A model generated the notes under the pieces. The model did not search any database and had not been told where the DNA came from. It saw nothing but the letters and a program-made list of their open reading frames with translations. Of a stretch of 64,000 bases of DNA, positions 1 through 6,824 are shown piece after piece. The position numbers and the translations under genes are program-made. The stretch is from a virus. Each line of letters starts with the position of its first letter. Position 1 is the stretch's first letter. The DNA lies in IMG/VR virus record IMGVR_UViG_3300043777_000365, positions 22,754 through 86,753 of that record. One strand, written 5' to 3'.

Positions 1-1292
1 CCGCCGACGGCGTTCTCTGCCAGCGTGAACGAGACCGCGCCGGTCGTGACGCCGGTGGCGTTCGCGAGCGACGCCGGGTTGGCGTTGGGGGACTGCGCCC
101 GGTTGGAGCTCGTGATCGACGTGAACGTCGAGGAGCTCGTCTTGTAGACGGCCCCGATGCACACCCCCGAGGTGCTCGCCGCCCCGGCGAACCCGAACAC
201 CGCCGGCAGCACGATCCCGGCGCTCTGGCTGCCGGTCCAGTGCAGCGGCCCCGTCGCCGAGAGGATGGGGATGCCCCGGGGGGAGCGCGGCTGGCGCACG
301 CCGAAGGACGCGTCCGTGTACCGGGCCCACCGCGGCAGGGAGAACATCGTGACCAGGTAGAGGAAGCTCATCCCCGCGGGGAACGCGTAGCCGGACTCCT
401 GGTTCGCCGAGTCGTAGAAGTCGACGTAGCCAGCGTGGTCGACGCCGGGGCTGCCCCGCTCGAGCCACCCCCCGAGCCTCCGGGTGCCCAGCGTGGCCGA
501 CGCCTCGACGAAGCCGTTCGCCCGGTACTGCCCCGACGTGGCCGTGTTCGAGGAGAAGTCGAGCCGCGTGTAGACGGGCAACGCGCGCGACGTGTTCCAC
601 GGGGTGAAGATCCGGTCGTTGAGGAGCGGCCTCACGTCCCAGACGGTGACCGTGTCCCAGGTGGTGGTGCCGGTGGGCACGCTCATCACCGCGATGGGCA
701 TCCACCCGGCCGCCGTCCCGGGGAAGCCCGCGCCCGCGGTGCCCGTGCGGATGCGGTACTGCAGCTGGCCCTGGCTCACCTTGTTCACGGCGGCCGCCGC
801 GAACGTCCCGGTGACGGTGTTGAACACGTCGCGGCTGTCGGTCTCGACGACGGTGTCCGGCTGCACGCGGGCGCACTCGAGCACGTCGACGCGGATGCTG
901 CCCGAGGCGTTGGCCGTGAGCGTGAGCGACGGGGTGAGCGCGCTCGTCGTGCCCGGGTCGAGCAGGTACTTGTACTGGCTGTCGTCCGTGCTCGGGATGG
1001 TGTCCGGGTCGTACATGAACATCGCCCCGGCGCTCACCGCGCTGGAGGTGCCCCCGACCACCGGCGTGAACACGAGCCCGCTCAGCACCTCGGCCCACGC
1101 CGGGTTGCCCTGGCTGGTGTTCTGCGACCACGACCCGGCGGCCGACTCGTCGTCCGAGCCCTGGCCGGTGTCCAGGATCGCCCGCATCATCTCGCTCATC
1201 ATCGCCTGCGAGAAGTTCTGCAGCCGGACGATGTCCCCGCTCAGGGCCCGCTCCAGAGGGTTGACGATGAGCTCTTTGCCGGCGCTGGACAT
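1..1292 (-). CDS. Tail/baseplate-associated structural protein (3' end runs off the window)
   Basis: ATG at 1292 preceded by AGGAGG; reads MSSAGKELIVNPLERALSGDIVRLQNF...; T/S/G/V-rich; follows the baseplate genes; absent from the ORF track because it is truncated. Confidence 0.6.
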   Translation of the reverse strand, partial: MSSAGKELIVNPLERALSGDIVRLQNFSQAMMSEMMRAILDTGQGSDDESAAGSWSQNTSQGNPAWAEVLSGLVFTPVVGGTSSAVSAGAMFMYDPDTIPSTDDSQYKYLLDPGTTSALTPSLTLTANASGSIRVDVLECARVQPDTVVETDSRDVFNTVTGTFAAAAVNKVSQGQLQYRIRTGTAGAGFPGTAAGWMPIAVMSVPTGTTTWDTVTVWDVRPLLNDRIFTPWNTSRALPVYTRLDFSSNTATSGQYRANGFVEASATLGTRRLGGWLERGSPGVDHAGYVDFYDSANQESGYAFPAGMSFLYLVTMFSLPRWARYTDASFGVRQPRSPRGIPILSATGPLHWTGSQSAGIVLPAVFGFAGAASTSGVCIGAVYKTSSSTFTSITSSNRAQSPNANPASLANATGVTTGAVSFTLAENAVG

Positions 1293-1328
1293 GTTCGGTT
1301 GGCCTCCTAGGACCTTCTACCAGGCAAG

Positions 1329-1348
1329 TTGGAAACCCGGGTTTCCAA
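1329..1348. repeat. 20-bp palindrome copy 1
   Basis: TTGGAAACCCGGGTTTCCAA, intergenic. Confidence 0.95.
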
Positions 1349-1353
1349 ACCCC

Positions 1354-3294
1354 TCACACGCAAGGTCCGGTCATGAGCCCGACCTCGAAGAAAACCCCGG
1401 CCGCGCGGATGGCGTCCACCGCGTGGTACGCGTTCAGGTACGCGGTCGCCGCCGTCTCCGCCCACCCGTCGTAGAACGTGAGGAACGGAGCGTCGTCCCA
1501 GTAGTCGAAGCCCCCGCCCACCCCGCTCGCCGCCCCGCCCCAGAAGAACCCGAACTCGCCGAAGTCGCTCGGCTGCACCTCCACCCGGAAGTACGCCCGG
1601 AAGCGCAGGTAGTCCAAGAACACCCGGTTGGTGGTGGGCCCGGCGTCGAGCCCGGCGGCGAAGGTCATCGGGTTGGAGCCGACCCCCGTCGCCGCCGACG
1701 ACGCCCCGCTGTTCTTGCCCACGATGGGCAGCCCCGCCACGAACGCCCCGCCCGGCTGCGGGTTGATGTTCGCCACCCCGTAGAAGACCGACGGCCCCGG
1801 GATGCCCGTGGTGCCGGCCTGCCCCGGGACGAACGGCGTCGACGGGACGGCGCTCGACACGAGCGCGTGCCCCTGGGCCACCTGCCCGTTGGAGAGCGTC
1901 TGCCAAGCCCGCTCCCCGTCGACGAACGTCCCGGTCACGGTCCCCACGACGACGATCGCGTCGTAGTCGAACGCGTCGTGGTCGTAGAAGAACCCGGGCA
2001 GCAGCGGCGTGCCCACCTCGCGGAAGCACCAGGAGAGCCCGTCGCCCTTGGTGAGCGTGCGGTTGAGCATCCGCTTGACGGCGTTGGGGCTCACCGTGTC
2101 GGCCGGCACGGCCACGCGCTGCCGGTACACGGAGTCGGGCTCGCCGCTGTTCCTGGGCAGCTTCCGCTCGTAGCCGAGCTCGTCGAGCATGGGGCTCGTG
2201 CCGCCGGACGGCTGGGCCGCGTTGGTCACGGACAGCCCGAAGTCGAGCACCCAGTCGAGGATGCGCCAGCTGCTCGCGCCGGGCGCGTACGACACCGCCG
2301 GCGTCGGGTCGCCGAGCGGCACGGCGATGGTGAAGGTGGCGCCGCTGCTCTGCCCCGTGACGGTGTAGCCGGCGACGATCGCGGACGACACGTTCGCCAC
2401 CCGGAGGATGCCGACCACGACCATCGACGAGCCGACCTGCTGCGCGGCCCGCATCGTCAGGTAGGCGACGGGCGTGCCGCCGCTGGCCACGGTCAGGATC
2501 TCCCCCGCGGCGAACGTCCCCGAGAACGTCGTGCCCGAGAACGACAGGTCGTTCTCGACGTTGACCGAGCCGCCGTTGCCCGACGCCGGCGCGACGTACG
2601 AGGTGACCCGGTAGGCCGTCGGCGTGGAGACGCTCGACAGCGTGACGTACTGGCCGACGTGCTGGGGGAGGAACACCTCGGCCTGGTTGGCGGAGGCGAG
2701 GGTGATGGTCTGCAGCGCGCTCTTGGAGAAGGTCGGGTTGACGACGCTCAGCGTCGCCCCGGAGTTCGCGTACTGGGTGCCGGGCTGCTCGACGAGGTTG
2801 ATGCTGCCCGGCTGCGGGTTGTTGTAGCCGTAGCCGGGCCGCTCCGCGATGGCGGAGGCCGTGAGCGGGCCGGACTGCCCGGGCAGGAACACGAGGTCCT
2901 GCTGCAGGGTGAAGCGGCGCCCGGTGTTGACGGTGGTGCCCTGGCCCACGGCGGGCTCGGGCTCGACCTCGTCGTACCAGACGGTGCCGGCGCCGAGCAC
3001 GAGCGGCTCCTGCAGCCGCAGGGTCCTGGAGAACGTGAGCTGCACGGTGGCCTGCTGCGCGCCGGAGGCCGGCGGGGCCACCTGGCCGCTCCACGGCAGG
3101 ATGTACATCGCCCCCATCGTCGTGCTGATGGCGGAGCTCACCCGGGCCAGCTGCGCCATGCCCTGGGTGTAGGCCTCGTAGCCGTTGCCCTCGCCCGCGT
3201 TGGAGAACCCCTGGCCGAAGCCGGGGTCCACGACCGACTGCCACACGGCCTCGAACTGCGCGATGGTGAGGGGGGACTGGACGTAGGCGGGCAC
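1354..3294 (-). CDS. Baseplate wedge/tail protein (gpI-like position)
   Basis: 646 aa beta-rich ORF directly downstream of baseplate J; contains LDELGYERKLPRNSGEPDSVYRQRV, resembling the baseplate I/J LD..G....R..GE.D..YR.R motif. Confidence 0.6.
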   Translation of the reverse strand: MPAYVQSPLTIAQFEAVWQSVVDPGFGQGFSNAGEGNGYEAYTQGMAQLARVSSAISTTMGAMYILPWSGQVAPPASGAQQATVQLTFSRTLRLQEPLVLGAGTVWYDEVEPEPAVGQGTTVNTGRRFTLQQDLVFLPGQSGPLTASAIAERPGYGYNNPQPGSINLVEQPGTQYANSGATLSVVNPTFSKSALQTITLASANQAEVFLPQHVGQYVTLSSVSTPTAYRVTSYVAPASGNGGSVNVENDLSFSGTTFSGTFAAGEILTVASGGTPVAYLTMRAAQQVGSSMVVVGILRVANVSSAIVAGYTVTGQSSGATFTIAVPLGDPTPAVSYAPGASSWRILDWVLDFGLSVTNAAQPSGGTSPMLDELGYERKLPRNSGEPDSVYRQRVAVPADTVSPNAVKRMLNRTLTKGDGLSWCFREVGTPLLPGFFYDHDAFDYDAIVVVGTVTGTFVDGERAWQTLSNGQVAQGHALVSSAVPSTPFVPGQAGTTGIPGPSVFYGVANINPQPGGAFVAGLPIVGKNSGASSAATGVGSNPMTFAAGLDAGPTTNRVFLDYLRFRAYFRVEVQPSDFGEFGFFWGGAASGVGGGFDYWDDAPFLTFYDGWAETAATAYLNAYHAVDAIRAAGVFFEVGLMTGPCV

Positions 3295-3298
3295 GCGG

Positions 3299-4426
3299 TC
3301 ACACCAGGGTGATGCCCGAGGCGAGCGCGCGGAGCGTCTGCCCGGGGGTGGGGACGAGGTCGCCGGTGGGGCTGACGATGGTGCCCGGGGTGCTGACGAT
3401 GAGCCCCTGGCTCGCGTACCGCTGCAGCACGCTGTAGAGCGCGGAGAGCTGCAGCGTGCCGTTGGCGGGCAGCGAGTTGACGTAGTTGAGCACGGCCGCC
3501 TGCACCGACGCGCTGAGCGCCGACGTGTTCACCCCGGCCGCGAACACCAGGTGCATCGACACCGACACGATCTGCGGGACGGTCGGGAAGACGATGACCT
3601 GGATGCCGGCGGCCCTCCAGTTGCCCAGGTTCTGGACGACCGTGGCGGCGAGCACCAGGTTCGCCACCCCGCTCGAGTCGGCGATGTAGAGGTAGACGAG
3701 CCGCGCCGGGGCCCCCGTGTTCGTGATGACCTCGACGGCCTGCGCGCTGACGACGCCCGGGGTCTGGATGGCGCCGTACTGGATGGCGGAGAGGATGCCG
3801 CGCTGCTGCGCGGTCCAGTAGCCGCGGACGCGCTCGCGGAACGTGTCGTCGTCCTCGACGTCCTCGCCGCCGGCCGTGGCGAACAGGTTGTTGCACGTGA
3901 TGGACGGGTCGAAGACCTGCGACGGGTTCGCGAAGGCCGTGAGGCTGTTCGCCCCCACCTGCGACAGCTTGCCCGCCTGCACCGCGCGCACGGCCGCCAC
4001 GGCCACCGTGTCGCTCACGGCCCCCGTCCCCGAGGTGAAGGTGGCGCTCGTCGTCGTCAGGTAGTTGAAGCCGCTCTGGCTCTTGAGGACGGTGCCGGCG
4101 GGGATGGTGCCGGCGGGGTTGGTCGCGAGCACCCGCGAGAACGTCTCGAGCCCGAGCGCGGCCGAGGCCCCTTTGCGCAGGAGCTGGTAGCGGTCCCACG
4201 CGTAGCGGTCGAGGTCGTCGCCCTCGGCCCCGTCGAGGAAGAGCCGGTTGATGCTGTAGGCGAGCTGGAGGATGCAGAGGTAGGCGATCTCGCTGACGGA
4301 CCCGACGAAGATGTTCGCGTCGGTGCCCTGCACGTCGACCTGCTGCGGGTCGATCTTGATGGCCTTCGCGATGAGATACGAGCGCCCGACCTGGTACAGG
4401 TCATTTCGGCTCACGAGATCAGCCAT
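3299..4426 (-). CDS. Baseplate J/gp47-like protein
   Basis: AEGDDLDRYA...RKGASAA, IPAGTVL and AGGEDVEDDDTFRERV are typical baseplate J motifs; start MADLVSRND. Confidence 0.85.
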   Translation of the reverse strand: MADLVSRNDLYQVGRSYLIAKAIKIDPQQVDVQGTDANIFVGSVSEIAYLCILQLAYSINRLFLDGAEGDDLDRYAWDRYQLLRKGASAALGLETFSRVLATNPAGTIPAGTVLKSQSGFNYLTTTSATFTSGTGAVSDTVAVAAVRAVQAGKLSQVGANSLTAFANPSQVFDPSITCNNLFATAGGEDVEDDDTFRERVRGYWTAQQRGILSAIQYGAIQTPGVVSAQAVEVITNTGAPARLVYLYIADSSGVANLVLAATVVQNLGNWRAAGIQVIVFPTVPQIVSVSMHLVFAAGVNTSALSASVQAAVLNYVNSLPANGTLQLSALYSVLQRYASQGLIVSTPGTIVSPTGDLVPTPGQTLRALASGITLV

Positions 4427-4464
4427 GGTTTTGACCCATCGCCTGCCGAAGCTACCACCGACCC

Positions 4465-5460
4465 CTAAGTCTGAGGGCCGGTCGGGGCGAGCGGAGTGGC
4501 TCCGGCGGTCGGCGGGAGGGCCTGGCCGGTCTGCGTGTTGAAAGGCATGTTGAGCTGGCGGCTCACACCCTGCCGCGTCTGCACGTACGCGGAGAACCTC
4601 GTGATCTGCGGGGTCACCGGGTCGGAGTAGGCCTGCACCGCGCACTTCAGGACCTCGGGCTCGAGGGAGAACTGCGACTGGAGCGCCGCGGCGAGCTGGT
4701 TGCGCACGGCGGCCGTGCCCAGCGTCTTCACCTTGTCGGCGAGCCCCACCCCGTACGTGAGCGGCAGGTGCGCGAATGCCCCGGGCCGGCTCATCGCCCG
4801 GCGGTAGAGCCGCTTGAGCAGGGCGACGATCCCCTGCTCGACGGCGTAGTCGCCCGAGTCGTCCACGACGAAGGCCCCGAGCGTCACGAGGCCCCCGCCC
4901 ACGCTCGTCGCGACGGCGGCGGTGCTCGCGCCGATGGTCGACCCGGCGATGCCGGACTGGCTCTGCGGGTTGGCGAAGTCGCGCGTGGGCAGAGCCTGGT
5001 CCGAGCTCGCGACGACCAGCTGCTTGAGCACCCCGTAGAGCGTGTACGACTGGGTCAGCGGGAACATCGGCACCCCGCCCGACGTCGTCAGCCCTGAGAG
5101 CGTGATGGTGTACTGCGCCGGGTACGGGCTCATCGGCCGGTCCATCACGACGTCGATCTCGGAGCTTTGAATGGTGTCGGAGTAGTCGACGGTGGTGCCG
5201 GCCGAGACCGCCGTCACCGTGCGGACCGGGTTGTTGTCGTAGCCGACCGTGCCGGCCACCGCGGCGACCGTGTAGTGGGACGGGTCGGCGCCGTCGGCCG
5301 GGTCGAGCACGCCGGACACGTACGGGACGACGTTGAAGTAGAGCCGCACGACGTTCTCGGCGACGGCGACCGCGTAGAGCAGCTCGAGCCCGCCCGTGGA
5401 GGAGTCGGGGGTGCCGCCCCAGTTCGACCCGCCCCAGTTGGCTTCGCCCCAGCCGGGCAT
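4465..5460 (-). CDS. Baseplate wedge protein with C-terminal gp25/gpW-like domain
   Basis: Start MPGWGEANW; C-terminal DDSGDYAVEQG...PGAFAHLPLTYGVGL resembles gp25-like sheath initiators; lies between spike and J. Confidence 0.6.
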   Translation of the reverse strand: MPGWGEANWGGSNWGGTPDSSTGGLELLYAVAVAENVVRLYFNVVPYVSGVLDPADGADPSHYTVAAVAGTVGYDNNPVRTVTAVSAGTTVDYSDTIQSSEIDVVMDRPMSPYPAQYTITLSGLTTSGGVPMFPLTQSYTLYGVLKQLVVASSDQALPTRDFANPQSQSGIAGSTIGASTAAVATSVGGGLVTLGAFVVDDSGDYAVEQGIVALLKRLYRRAMSRPGAFAHLPLTYGVGLADKVKTLGTAAVRNQLAAALQSQFSLEPEVLKCAVQAYSDPVTPQITRFSAYVQTRQGVSRQLNMPFNTQTGQALPPTAGATPLAPTGPQT

Positions 5461-5819
5461 CAGGCCGCCAGCTCGAAGTCGTCGAGGTCGGGAACGCACG
5501 CGCTCACGCGCCCGCCGACCGCCGGGAGGGTGAGCCCCGCGGTGATGTTGAAGCCGTTGCAGTTGAGCAGGAACTTCAGGAAGAAGGTCGGCAGGTTGAG
5601 GATGAACTTGATCTGCAGCGCGAAGCCCGGGAGGGCGAACGAGAAGAAGAAGCTGAAGCTCAGCGTGAACGGGATGCACGGGATGGGGATGGTGATCGAG
5701 CCGCTGAAGCCCGCGCCGACCACCCCGCCGCATCCCCCCGTCCCGACCGACACCCCGCCCGAGGCCCCGACGAAGGTGCCGGAGCCCGGCGGCGGCAGGT
5801 CGACGATCGGCGCTCCCAT
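5460..5819 (-). CDS. Small baseplate-region protein
   Basis: 119 aa ORF, TAAGCT-N7-ATG upstream, stop overlaps the next start. Confidence 0.55.
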   Translation of the reverse strand: MGAPIVDLPPPGSGTFVGASGGVSVGTGGCGGVVGAGFSGSITIPIPCIPFTLSFSFFFSFALPGFALQIKFILNLPTFFLKFLLNCNGFNITAGLTLPAVGGRVSACVPDLDDFELAA

Positions 5820-5829
5820 GGCGGCGAGC

Positions 5830-6786
5830 TTACACCAAGACCCCCCCGCACCCGACGCCGGAGCTGACGCCGGGAACGCGGGGCGTGGCGAGCGCGGTGG
5901 CGACGACGGGGTACACGGTGGAGTCGGGGATGACCGCGCCCAGGGGCAGGCCGGCGAGGACGTACGCGAGCGTCGTCGCCGGGGTCATCGTCGCGGCGAG
6001 GGTCGCCCCGGTGAGCGGCCCGGCCAGCGCGGCGACCGCCGCCGCCCACGGCACCATGAAGCCCATGATGATGTTGCACACCCCCTCGATGGTCGCGACG
6101 TGGTCGGTGGGCTGGGCCCCGGCCGCCCCGAGGTAGATGCTCCCGGACGGGTTGAGCATCGTGATGGAGCTGGTCGACGGGTCGATGGTGAACAGGATGG
6201 GCGAGTCGCCGCCGGCGACGATCGCGACGGCGTTCGACTGGGTGGAGAGCTTGATCCCGTTGGAGTCGAGCCGGACGTAGTCGCCCTCGCCCGACTGCAT
6301 CGCCCAGTTGCCGCTCGCGTCCATCGCCAGCTGGGACTGCGTCGTGTCGTTGAGGACCATCCACCCGTTCTCGAACTCGAGGATGGTGTTCGGGATGGTG
6401 CGCTGGACGTTGATGTTGTTCTGGGTGACGTCGAGCCCGGCGACGACGTTCGGCCACGTGTCGACCCCGTTGGACAGGTGCCCGGTGATGATCCCTCCCG
6501 CGCGCTCGTCCCCCTGGGGGATCTGGACGATGACCTCGTCGCCGGCCTGGATGGCGTGCCAGCTGCCCTCGCCCACGCCCGCGCTCGCCTGGGCCACGCG
6601 GCAGCGGACGGGGATGTCGCTCGGGTGCAGCCGCACGTTGACCAGCGGGTAGCCGTTGGTGAAGTCCACGGGGCTCGTGCCGCCGATGGCGTTCTCGACG
6701 ATGCCGATGCTCGTCCACTGCCGGGTGTCCATGCCCGGGCGGGCGACCGACTGGCCGATGTCGCTGGAGTCGAAGTCGTCGGGCAT
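5830..6786 (-). CDS. Baseplate central spike (gpV/gp5-like OB fold plus beta-helix)
   Basis: AGVGEGSWHAIQAGDEVIVQIPQGD matches the gpV OB-fold G..G....P..GDEV.V pattern; follows the hub gene. Confidence 0.75.
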   Translation of the reverse strand: MPDDFDSSDIGQSVARPGMDTRQWTSIGIVENAIGGTSPVDFTNGYPLVNVRLHPSDIPVRCRVAQASAGVGEGSWHAIQAGDEVIVQIPQGDERAGGIITGHLSNGVDTWPNVVAGLDVTQNNINVQRTIPNTILEFENGWMVLNDTTQSQLAMDASGNWAMQSGEGDYVRLDSNGIKLSTQSNAVAIVAGGDSPILFTIDPSTSSITMLNPSGSIYLGAAGAQPTDHVATIEGVCNIIMGFMVPWAAAVAALAGPLTGATLAATMTPATTLAYVLAGLPLGAVIPDSTVYPVVATALATPRVPGVSSGVGCGGVLV

Positions 6787-6799
6787 GGCCGGAGCTTAG

Positions 6800-6819
6800 T
6801 TGGAAACCCGGGTTTCCAA
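6800..6819. repeat. 20-bp palindrome copy 2
   Basis: Exact; abuts the TAAGCT of the spike gene. Confidence 0.95.
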
Positions 6820-6824
6820 ACCCC